From: Candidatus Acidiferrum sp.
Lineage (GTDB): Bacteria > Methylomirabilota > Methylomirabilia > Rokubacteriales > CSP1-6
Length of the DNA stretch: 64,000 bases
Direction of reading: 5' to 3'
Assembly: GCA_035317605.1 (NCBI GenBank)
Contig: DATHGT010000133.1
Location: 5,452 to 69,451 of the forward strand
Within the stretch, counting starts at the first letter, position 1. Each line of letters starts with the position of its first letter. The position numbers and the translations under genes are program-made. The notes beneath the pieces are model-generated. The model saw only the letters and a list, made by a program, of their open reading frames with translations. It ran no database searches and was not told the DNA's origin. Shown here one piece after another: positions 9,155 to 17,320 of this stretch.

Positions 9155-10399
9155 TCAACGATGACCGAGGAGCCTCGTCGAGACGTGGCGCTTGAGCGCC
9201 TGGTACGCGGGAAGGTGTCGGACCCGGTCCACGGCGGGCTTGATCGGCCCGGTATTCCGCAGCCGCTGGAGCAGACGCCAGAGGCGGAAGGCCTGGCGTC
9301 GGGCGTGGGCGCGCAGGGCCTTCTTCAACGTGCCGGCGTCGTCACGCTCGTCGACGGGCAGGGCGAACAGCTCGATGGCCGGTGAGACGAGGGGAACCTC
9401 GATCGTCTCGGGAATGCCGCGGTTGCGCGCGCACACCAGGATGCGCTCGATGCTCTCGCCCCCCGGTCCCCGGCCCGGGCTCACCGACGCAACCCCCGCG
9501 ACTTCGAATCCGCACGCGGTGAACAGCCGCTCCAGCTCGGCCCGAGCATAGACACGGACGAACGCCCCGCCCCGGTCCTTGGCCTCGAACCACGCCTCGG
9601 AGACGAGCATCTCGGGGTCGAGCTGGACGAAGTCGACGCAGGCCCAGGCGCCGAGGGCGAGCTGGCGTTGGACGTTCTGGAGCGTCCGCACGAAGCTCGG
9701 GTAGAGATGCTCGAAGGTCGCCGAGCATACGAACAGGTCGCACTCCGCCTCCACCTGGTCGGTCATGGCGTCGCCCCGAACGAAGCGGGTGTGCTCGTCG
9801 CCGAACCTTTCGGAGAGCTTCTGGACCCGGTCGCCGGAGAGGTCCAGCCCCGTATAGCTCCGATAGGTATGTCCAGCGGCGCGCAGCGAGGCCAGCAGAC
9901 GGCCGTACCCGGGACCGACCTCCAGGATGCGCCCTTGGCGGAGGGTGCCCAGGTCGACGTGGGCGCCGAGGGCGCCGATGAAGGTGTCGCCGGTCATGAC
10001 CGAGCCCCAGGTGAGCGAGGCCTCGGATTCCGCGCCTTGCCACCGCTCCTTGGAGCGGGTCATCGGGTCCTCGGCCGCGAATCGCGCGGCCGAGTGCGTG
10101 TCGTAGTAGAGCGTGGAGGTGCCGTTCGGCAGCAACGCTCGGGTGTCGGCGAAGCGCACCTCGAAGCGATTCTCGCCGTACTCCAGAGACTCGAAGGGGT
10201 TGAACCAGAAGGCCCCGCGCGCGTCGACCACACCGGCGTTCAGGAGGTCGGCGCGGACGCCGCGGGCGGGGACGACGGCGACCAGGCGATCGTTCCGCAC
10301 GATCTCCACGCCCACGGTCCGCCCGGGGTGTTCGCGGTCGGCCGCCCATCCGTGGATCGAAAACATCGTGAACCGGTCGACGTGACCGTCCAGCCTCAT
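9155..10399 (-). CDS. class I SAM-dependent methyltransferase with about 130-aa N-terminal beta-rich domain of unknown function
   Basis: 414 aa. Motif I is ILEVGPGYGRLLASL, followed by the D/E-containing motifs. The N-terminal domain (FSIHGWAADRE...FWFNPF) has no recognisable catalytic motif. Confidence 0.65.
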   Translation of the reverse strand: MRLDGHVDRFTMFSIHGWAADREHPGRTVGVEIVRNDRLVAVVPARGVRADLLNAGVVDARGAFWFNPFESLEYGENRFEVRFADTRALLPNGTSTLYYDTHSAARFAAEDPMTRSKERWQGAESEASLTWGSVMTGDTFIGALGAHVDLGTLRQGRILEVGPGYGRLLASLRAAGHTYRSYTGLDLSGDRVQKLSERFGDEHTRFVRGDAMTDQVEAECDLFVCSATFEHLYPSFVRTLQNVQRQLALGAWACVDFVQLDPEMLVSEAWFEAKDRGGAFVRVYARAELERLFTACGFEVAGVASVSPGRGPGGESIERILVCARNRGIPETIEVPLVSPAIELFALPVDERDDAGTLKKALRAHARRQAFRLWRLLQRLRNTGPIKPAVDRVRHLPAYQALKRHVSTRLLGHR

Positions 10400-10433
10400 G
10401 GGTGACTGCGGCCCGCTCCCGGCGGCGCGGCCG

Positions 10434-11390
10434 TCATGACGGGCGCGACGTCCAGTAGACCTTCTTCTGGTAGCAGTAGAAGCTGTGCTTCCCCCACGGG
10501 ACTCGGTCGCTGTGCTCGACGTAGTGGAAGTACATCGGGTAGGTATTGGCGGGACTGTAGTGCGTCACCAGACTCCGCCGGGTCCGCGTCTCGTCGGTGT
10601 ACGGCGATCCGCCGTGGCCGAGATCGGCCGACCAGATGAAGACGTCGCCCTTCTTGGCCAGGAACCTCGTGGCCGCGACCTTCCGCTGCCTGGCGCAGTC
10701 CGCGAGGTGCCGGTGGAACTGGTCGGTCTCTTCGTTTCCCGGAGGCCACCACTTATACTTGCCCTCGAAGAGGAACTCCGGCCAGGTGTGGCTGCCCTTG
10801 TAGTACTCCAGCTCGCCCGAGCCGGGATGCACGTCCTCGAGGGCCACCCACGAGGCCACCAGCTCCATCGGTGAGCTGACTTTGACGAAGGCGGTGTCAC
10901 GGTGGATCGGCTGCTTGGATCCACGGTAGAAGCTCAAACCCTGGTGGGCCAGGACGGGACGCTCGAAGATGATCTCGAGGAAACGCTGGATCCGGGGGGC
11001 GAAGATGACCCGTCGCGCCGACTCCATGAACTCGTAGATGTCGAGGAGCTTGACGAGGTTGTCGGGCTTGAGGCGATCCTCGGGCTTGAGCGGTCGCGAG
11101 TACCCCACGCCGTCCTCGATGAGGTTCACCCACGCGTTGGGATGCCCCTTTTCCCAGACGTCCTCGATCTCCGCGCTCAACGCGTCGATCAGGTCCAGGT
11201 CGACGGCGCCCGGCATCACCACGTAGCCGTCGTCGATCCACGACATCAGGTCCGCGTGTTCCTCTTCGGTGATCACGCCGAGCCGGAGCTTGCCGTCCGC
11301 CAGCGTCTTGGCGTGACCGAGGTCGGGCCAGAGGCCGCCGAAGGGACTCCGATACTTCGGGACGAAGACGGGATTGCGGAACGGGTCCAT
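10434..11390 (-). CDS. phytanoyl-CoA dioxygenase (PhyH) family Fe(II)/2-oxoglutarate-dependent oxygenase
   Basis: The real start is ATG 11390..11388 (MDPFRNPVFVPKY...) inside the track ORF 10434..11678. An HxD motif sits in PIHRDTAF, with a downstream His and the double-stranded beta-helix core typical of PhyH. It is the first gene of the minus-strand operon PhyH - methyltransferase - MBOAT - AlgX-like. Confidence 0.65.
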   Translation of the reverse strand: MDPFRNPVFVPKYRSPFGGLWPDLGHAKTLADGKLRLGVITEEEHADLMSWIDDGYVVMPGAVDLDLIDALSAEIEDVWEKGHPNAWVNLIEDGVGYSRPLKPEDRLKPDNLVKLLDIYEFMESARRVIFAPRIQRFLEIIFERPVLAHQGLSFYRGSKQPIHRDTAFVKVSSPMELVASWVALEDVHPGSGELEYYKGSHTWPEFLFEGKYKWWPPGNEETDQFHRHLADCARQRKVAATRFLAKKGDVFIWSADLGHGGSPYTDETRTRRSLVTHYSPANTYPMYFHYVEHSDRVPWGKHSFYCYQKKVYWTSRPS

Positions 11391-11462
11391 CCGAGAGGCA
11401 GATCCTAGCACATCGATCGCGCGCCACCGACGCGATTGCCGTCGATCGCCCCGACTCGCCCC

Positions 11463-11518
11463 AAAAAGTTGACTTTTTCGACGGCCAGGAATCAGACTCG
11501 CCGAGTGCGATTTCGCAC
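11463..11518. promoter_or_regulatory. two short perfect/near-perfect palindromes in AT-rich divergent promoter region
   Basis: The 302-bp intergenic region 11391..11692 lies between the PhyH operon (-) and the S8 peptidase (+). AAAAAGTTGACTTTTT (11463..11478) contains a TTGACT -35-like hexamer. GTGCGAttTCGCAC (11505..11518) is a perfect 6-bp-arm palindrome. Confidence 0.3.
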
Positions 11519-11734
11519 CCGACGGGGTGAAGCATCGCGGCGGCTCGCGGGTTCCGTCACTCACCTCGACGTGACTCGCCCGTTCGAGACCGTCCCCTTC
11601 CCGCGCGATCGTCGCCGACGTCCTGACGACCCTCGTCCACATGGCCGGGCTCGTCACGCGAATCATGCCGGAGAGCATGTCTGGCCCCGGCCGTGCAGCC
11701 AGGAGCGCGCTGCCATGAGAGGGAGGACACGCTG

Positions 11735-13846
11735 ATGCACGCCTCGCGGACCTTCGTGTTGATCGCGGCCGTCTGCCTGTTGGCTCTGGCCCTCGGCTCC
11801 GAGCGCGGGGGGATTCGTGGTTCGGCCCGCGCGGACGATCTGTTCGTGTCGCCCGACGTGATGAACCAGCTGGCGACCTCCGGGCGCGCGCGGGTCATCG
11901 TGGAGGTCCGGCTGCCGAACGCATTCGTTCCCGAGGGACAGCTGCCCACGCCGGCGCATGTGGCACTCCAGCGAGCCAATCTGGCGTCAGCGCAATCTCG
12001 GGTGCTGTCTCGGCTCCAGGGCCGGAGCCACGCGGTCCTGCGTCAATTCTCTTCCGCTCCCTACCTCGCACTGGAGGTCGCCGCCGACGCCATGCAAGAG
12101 CTCGCGGGGGCGTCCTCTGACGTCCAGCGGGTGGTGGAAGATGCGCTGTACGAGCCGATGCTGCCGCAGAGCGCGCCGCTGGTCGGAGCCACCGAGGCGT
12201 GGGGGTTACAATTCGACGGGACAGGGGTCATGGTCGCCATTCTCGACACCGGCGTGGACCGAAGCCATCCCTTCTTCGCGGGAAAGATCCTCGAAGAAGC
12301 GTGCTTCTCCAGCAGCATCTTGGGATCGGCCTCCGTCTGTCCGAACGGTCAGCCGCAGCAGTTCGGGGCAGGCGCCGGCGTCCCTTGCCCGTCGACCATT
12401 CCCGGATGCTGGCATGGCACGCACGTGGCGGGCATCGCCGCGGGCAACGGCGCTAGCGCCGGGGTGGCGTATTCCGGCATCGCCAAGGGCGCCCAGATCA
12501 TGGCGGTCCAGGTCTTTTCCCGAATGACGATCGTCTCCACCCAGTGCCCGGCGCCCCCCTGCGCCTTGGCCTGGAACTCCGACATCATGGCGGGTCTCGA
12601 CCGCGTCTACAGCCTGCGCAACCAGCGCAACTTCGCGTCGGTCAACCTGAGCCTCGGCGGAAGCCTCTTCAGCGGCAACTGCGACTCCGATCCGACGAAG
12701 TCGTTCATCGACAATCTCCGCTCGGTCGGGATCGCCACCGTCATCGCCTCCGGCAACGACGGCTCGACCTCGAAGATGAGCTCGCCGGCGTGCATCTCCT
12801 CGGCGGTGAGCGTGGGTTCGACGGAGAAGGCCGACGTCGTGTCGTCGTTCTCGAACGTGGCCCCGGTTCTTTCCCTCTTCGCTCCCGGGGGGATCATCCA
12901 GTCGTCCTATCCCGGGGGCCAGTGGATCTTCGCCAGCGGAACCTCCATGGCGACCCCGCACGTCACCGGCGCCTTCGCGATCCTGAAACACGCGGTGCCC
13001 AGCGCCTCGGTGAGCACGATGTTGAGCGCGCTCCAGCAAACCGGCGTGTCGATCACGGACATCCGGCCCGGAGGGACCGTCACCAAGCCCCGGATTCAGG
13101 TCGCCAAAGCCCTGTCGTCCCTGGCCCCCGCGCCCCCGCCTCCGTCGCCGATCCCGAACGTGCAACTCGGCGTCTCCGGGGACATTCCCATCCCCGCCGA
13201 CTACGACGGCGACGGCAAGGTCGATCCCGCCGTCTATCGGCCGTCGACCGGACAGTGGTTCGTCCTGGGCAGCGCCACCGGCCTGCAGACCCGTATCTTC
13301 GGTGCGCCGGCCTCGAGCGGCCTCGGCGATACCGCGGTGCGCGCGGATTTCGATGGCGACGGCAAGGCCGACATGGCGATCTATCGTCAGGCGACGGGGG
13401 AGTGGTTGGTCTTCGGCAGCCGTAGCGGATTCCTCACCCTGCTGTTCGGGTCGCCGGCCTCTCTCGGCCTCGGCGACATTCCGGTCCCCGCCGACTACGA
13501 CGGCGACGGCATCGCCGATCTGGCGGTCTATCGCCAGGCCACCGGCGAGTGGTTCATCTTCGGTAGCCGCACGGGATTTCGCACGCTGCTCTTCGGCTCA
13601 CCGGCCTCTCTCGGCCTCGGCGACGTCCCGGTCCCCCGCGACTACGACGGCGACGGTAAGGCGGACCTGGCGGTCCGCCGGAACAGCACCGGCACCTGGT
13701 TCATCTTCCAATCGAGCCTCGGTCAGGTCCAGCAGGTCTGGGGGACACCCACGGACATCCCGACGCCCGGCGACTTCGACGGCAACAAGAAGAGCAACAT
13801 CGCCGTCTGGCGGCCGAGCGATGGAACCTGGCTGATTTCTCCGTGA
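11735..13846 (+). CDS. secreted subtilisin-like serine peptidase (S8) with C-terminal FG-GAP/VCBS-like repeat domain
   Basis: The start is ATG 11735, 8 nt after GGGAGG (track ORF starts at 11693). It has a signal peptide MHASRTFVLIAAVCLLALALG. The catalytic triad blocks are VAILDTGVD, HGTHVAGIAAG and GTSMATPHVTGAFAIL. Five C-terminal repeats of about 45-49 aa each carry DYDGDGKxDxAVYR...G.W...FG.PAS.GLGD (a Ca-binding DxDGDG plus FG/GAP signature). Confidence 0.85.
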   Translation: MHASRTFVLIAAVCLLALALGSERGGIRGSARADDLFVSPDVMNQLATSGRARVIVEVRLPNAFVPEGQLPTPAHVALQRANLASAQSRVLSRLQGRSHAVLRQFSSAPYLALEVAADAMQELAGASSDVQRVVEDALYEPMLPQSAPLVGATEAWGLQFDGTGVMVAILDTGVDRSHPFFAGKILEEACFSSSILGSASVCPNGQPQQFGAGAGVPCPSTIPGCWHGTHVAGIAAGNGASAGVAYSGIAKGAQIMAVQVFSRMTIVSTQCPAPPCALAWNSDIMAGLDRVYSLRNQRNFASVNLSLGGSLFSGNCDSDPTKSFIDNLRSVGIATVIASGNDGSTSKMSSPACISSAVSVGSTEKADVVSSFSNVAPVLSLFAPGGIIQSSYPGGQWIFASGTSMATPHVTGAFAILKHAVPSASVSTMLSALQQTGVSITDIRPGGTVTKPRIQVAKALSSLAPAPPPPSPIPNVQLGVSGDIPIPADYDGDGKVDPAVYRPSTGQWFVLGSATGLQTRIFGAPASSGLGDTAVRADFDGDGKADMAIYRQATGEWLVFGSRSGFLTLLFGSPASLGLGDIPVPADYDGDGIADLAVYRQATGEWFIFGSRTGFRTLLFGSPASLGLGDVPVPRDYDGDGKADLAVRRNSTGTWFIFQSSLGQVQQVWGTPTDIPTPGDFDGNKKSNIAVWRPSDGTWLISP

Positions 13847-13889
13847 GGTCTCGCCTCGCCCGAGGCCTCGCGACGAGCGAACCAAGCGC

Positions 13890-16800
13890 GTGAGCCACGA
13901 CAGTCCTTCCGACGTCTGCATCGTCATCCCGGTGTTCAACAAGCGGGCCTTCACGCTCCAATGCCTCGACCGGATCTGGCGGAACACGTCGACCATCGTC
14001 CCCTACGAAGTCGTCGTGGTGGACAACGGCTCGAGTGACGGCACCCGGGAGCACTTCGAGGGCGGCGTCGTCTCGCCGCGACTGCGGTACCTCCGGAACG
14101 ACACCAACCTCGGCTTCGCCAAGGGCAACAACCTCGGAGCGCGACTGGCCCGGGGGAAGTATCTGCTGTTCCTCAACAACGACACGCTGGTCCAGCCCAA
14201 ATGGCTCGAAGACATGGTCGGCCTGGCCAGCGGCGATCCCGCGATCGGCATGGTCGGCATCAAGCAGCTGTTCCCCTACACCAGCACCATCCATCACACC
14301 GGCATCGTCTTCACCGCGGGCGCCCGTCCCCTGCACCTCTATCCGCACGCGGACGCGCGGTGGCCTCACGTCAACAAGCAGCGCGAGTATCAGGCCGTCA
14401 ACGGCGCGTGCTTCTTGATCCGGCGCGAACTGTTCGAGGCGTGCGGCGGCTTCGACGAGGGCTACGTCAACGGATACGAGGACATGGACCTCTGCCTGGC
14501 CGTGCGGCAGCGCGGCTTCAAGATCGTCTGCTGCACGTCGTCCTTCATCTATCACTACGGCCAGATCTCCGAGGGGCGGACCAGCGCCGACGCCCGCAAC
14601 GCGGCGCGCTTCGTCGCCAAGTGGGGAGCCCACGTCCGGGCCGACGACGGCGACTACGCTCACGCCGACCTGGAGGACGTTCAGCGGGTCGAGGCGGCCC
14701 GCCGCCTCGTGCCCGCGCCCCGGCCGGAGGGCGGGGCCGCGTTCCACTTCGTCGACGACCTCTCGCGGGGCAGCGCGCTGTCCTGGGCGGTGGCCGATCT
14801 CGTCCTCGCCCTCAAGCGCCTCGGGGCGCCGGTCCACATCGCGAACACGCCCCTGACGAAGACCCTCGACGAGTCGACCCGCCGGGAGCTGCAGCCCCTG
14901 ATGCGCGGCGATCGTGACCCGGACGGAGTGCACATCAAGTGGTCGCATTACTGGCCGGAGCATCTCGCCCTCGATCTGACCGGCCGGATCAACCTGGAGC
15001 TGTTCGTCATCAACTACACGTTCGCCCGGCCTGGCGCCGACCCGTGGGACTACTGGCTCCAGTGCCTGGCGCAGAATCACTATCACAAGCTGCCGCTGAC
15101 TCGGTTCTGCCAGGACGTGCTCCTCGAGGTCGGGGTGCCGGCGGCGGAGAGCCACCTCTTGCACCTCGGCTATTCCCGCGAAGTCCACGACGTGGGGCCG
15201 CCCCCGCGCCGCCCGGGGGGATTCCGCTTTCTCACCGTCACCAACTCGCACGACCTCACGCGCTACGGGACCCGACTGCTCCTGGAGGCCTACTGGGACG
15301 CCTTCGCGCGCGGGGACGACACGGTCCTGGTCGTCAAGGACTACGGGGCCACGTCGGCGGACACCACGCTCCGCGACCTCATGCGCCGGGCGAACGGCCG
15401 GGCCCGCGTCGAGTACGTCGATGCGTTCACGAGCAAGCGGGACCTGATCAGCCTCTATCGTTCCTGCGACGCCTTCGTCTCGGCCCACCGCAGCGAAGGC
15501 TTCGGCATGAAGATCCTCGACGCGCTCGCCTGTGGTCTGCCCGTGATCACCCCGCGCTTCGGCGGCCCCGCGGACTTTTGCACGCCCGAGACCAGCTTCG
15601 AGGTGGCGTTCACCCTGGAGCCGATGACCGACTGCCTCGACACCCGCTCGCTCCGGATCACCAATCAACCGCTCTGGGGTGCGCCCGACCGCAACGACCT
15701 CGTGAGGCAGCTGCGGTTCGTGGCCGGCCACCCCGCGGCCGCCGCCGCGGTGGGCGAGGCCGGACGTCGCTCGGTCGTGGATCGCTTCACCTGGGACGCC
15801 TCCGCGCGGCGGCTGGTCGCCATCGTGGACGAGATCCGCGAGGGGCAGACGCGGCGCACCACGCGACGGGCCGACCGGGCCCCGGCCCCCGCGGCCGAGG
15901 CGTCGCCCTACTGGCTCGGCTGCCGGTTGAGCGTGGTCATTCCCACCTATAACCGCAAGGACACGCTGCTCCAGTGTCTGGCCGCGCTGGAGCGGCAGTC
16001 GATCCTGCCCTCGGAGTTCGAGGTCGTGGTCGTGGACGACGGCTCGACGGACGGCACCGAGGCGGCGCTGGCCGCGCGTCAGTTCACGTTTCCCCTCGAA
16101 TACCACCGGCAGTCGAATCAGGGGCCGGGCGCCGCCCGCAACCTCGGCGTCACCCTCGCCCGCGGCGAGCTGGTGCTCTTCATCGGAGACGACATCATCG
16201 CCCACGAGCGGCTGCTGGAGCACCATCTCCTGACCCACGCGCAACATCCCGAGGCGAGCGCGTCCGTGCTCGGACACATCGACTGGCCGCCGTGGCTGAC
16301 GCCCACGCCGGTGATGGACTACGTGTGCGGGGAGGGCGGTCTTCAGTTCGCGTACCAGTTCATCCCGGATCTTCCGTCGCTCGACTACCGGTTTTTGTAC
16401 ACGAGCAACATCTCTCTGAAGCGCCGGTTTCTCCTGGAGGCGTTCGAGGCGGGCGTCCGCTTCGACCCGTGCTTCCGGTACGCGGCGTTCGAGGATTCCG
16501 AGCTGGCCCTCCGGCTCGAGTCGCGGGGACTCACCATCCACTACTCCAGCGACGCGCTCGCCTACCACGATCACTGGATGGACCTCGAAAGCTTCGCGCG
16601 CCGCGAATACAGCGCCGGGCAGATGGCGGTGGTCTTCTACCGCAAGCATCCGAAGATGGACGAGGTCCTGACCGTGCGCTGGATCGGAGACTGGGTCGAG
16701 GCCGTCGAGAAGCTCCGCGCGCAGCCGGCCTTGCTGGACAAGGTCAAGACGCTGGACGCGCACACCGACCAGTTCCTCGTCTCGCTGGAGCGGTCCCTGG

Positions 16801-17303
16801 AGGAGCTCCTGACCCTCGAAGCATCGCTCGCGTCGACCATCGGCCGCGAACGACCGCGGACCGTGGTCCGCTCGGCGCTGCACAGCGTCCTCGCCGTGAT
16901 TTTCGACGTGCATCGCACGCGGGGCAAGGTCCAGGAGTGGTACGCGATGGTCGAGGATCGCGACAAGGTCGAGAGCGCGAAGGCCCTGCTCGGCTGCCTG
17001 CGCAAGCTCGAATTCCTCGGCACCGACGGAACCGCGCTGGGACGCCTGGTTCCGGGTCTTTCCTGGGGACGTCAGGAGGTCCGGGACCTGAAGGCCCAGG
17101 CCGCCGCGCTGCAGAGCGAGCTGGGCACGCCCGTCCCCTCCGGGGCTCGCGCCCTCGTGCGCCGCGTGCTCCTGCGCGGCGGCGTCTTCAGGGCGCTACG
17201 GAACGCCGACCGCCGCCTCCAGGCCGCCCTGCACCGGCGCCAGCGGCTCGGCTGGCTCGCGGCCTATCACCGGATCCGCGGCCGGCTCAAGCGCCTCTTG
17301 TAG
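13890..17303 (+). CDS. 1137-aa three-domain glycosyltransferase (GT2 - GT4/GT-B - GT2) with C-terminal helical region
   Basis: GTG start at 13890. Domain 1 is CIVIPVFNKR...VVVVDNGSSDGT...DTLV (GT2, with DXD-like DNDT). The middle domain ...VEYVDAFTSKRDLISLYRSCDAFVSAHRSEGFGMKILDALACGLPVITP carries the GT4 EX7E-type C-terminal motif. Domain 3 is LSVVIPTYNRKDTL...VVVVDDGSTDGT...FIGDDII (GT2). The last roughly 250 aa are helical/coiled-coil-like. Confidence 0.8.
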   Translation: MSHDSPSDVCIVIPVFNKRAFTLQCLDRIWRNTSTIVPYEVVVVDNGSSDGTREHFEGGVVSPRLRYLRNDTNLGFAKGNNLGARLARGKYLLFLNNDTLVQPKWLEDMVGLASGDPAIGMVGIKQLFPYTSTIHHTGIVFTAGARPLHLYPHADARWPHVNKQREYQAVNGACFLIRRELFEACGGFDEGYVNGYEDMDLCLAVRQRGFKIVCCTSSFIYHYGQISEGRTSADARNAARFVAKWGAHVRADDGDYAHADLEDVQRVEAARRLVPAPRPEGGAAFHFVDDLSRGSALSWAVADLVLALKRLGAPVHIANTPLTKTLDESTRRELQPLMRGDRDPDGVHIKWSHYWPEHLALDLTGRINLELFVINYTFARPGADPWDYWLQCLAQNHYHKLPLTRFCQDVLLEVGVPAAESHLLHLGYSREVHDVGPPPRRPGGFRFLTVTNSHDLTRYGTRLLLEAYWDAFARGDDTVLVVKDYGATSADTTLRDLMRRANGRARVEYVDAFTSKRDLISLYRSCDAFVSAHRSEGFGMKILDALACGLPVITPRFGGPADFCTPETSFEVAFTLEPMTDCLDTRSLRITNQPLWGAPDRNDLVRQLRFVAGHPAAAAAVGEAGRRSVVDRFTWDASARRLVAIVDEIREGQTRRTTRRADRAPAPAAEASPYWLGCRLSVVIPTYNRKDTLLQCLAALERQSILPSEFEVVVVDDGSTDGTEAALAARQFTFPLEYHRQSNQGPGAARNLGVTLARGELVLFIGDDIIAHERLLEHHLLTHAQHPEASASVLGHIDWPPWLTPTPVMDYVCGEGGLQFAYQFIPDLPSLDYRFLYTSNISLKRRFLLEAFEAGVRFDPCFRYAAFEDSELALRLESRGLTIHYSSDALAYHDHWMDLESFARREYSAGQMAVVFYRKHPKMDEVLTVRWIGDWVEAVEKLRAQPALLDKVKTLDAHTDQFLVSLERSLEELLTLEASLASTIGRERPRTVVRSALHSVLAVIFDVHRTRGKVQEWYAMVEDRDKVESAKALLGCLRKLEFLGTDGTALGRLVPGLSWGRQEVRDLKAQAAALQSELGTPVPSGARALVRRVLLRGGVFRALRNADRRLQAALHRRQRLGWLAAYHRIRGRLKRLL

Positions 17304-17320
17304 CGATCCTCGCCCGGGCA

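Noticed and set aside
13701-16913. 1070-aa minus-strand ORF antisense to the giant GT
   Set aside because: Arg/Gly/Asp-rich, with no domains. The sense frame has three clear GT domains.
17304-17320. GCCCGGGC palindrome between convergent stops as an intrinsic terminator
   Set aside because: The gap is 17 nt. The palindrome cannot form a looped hairpin of useful length, and there is no U-tract.
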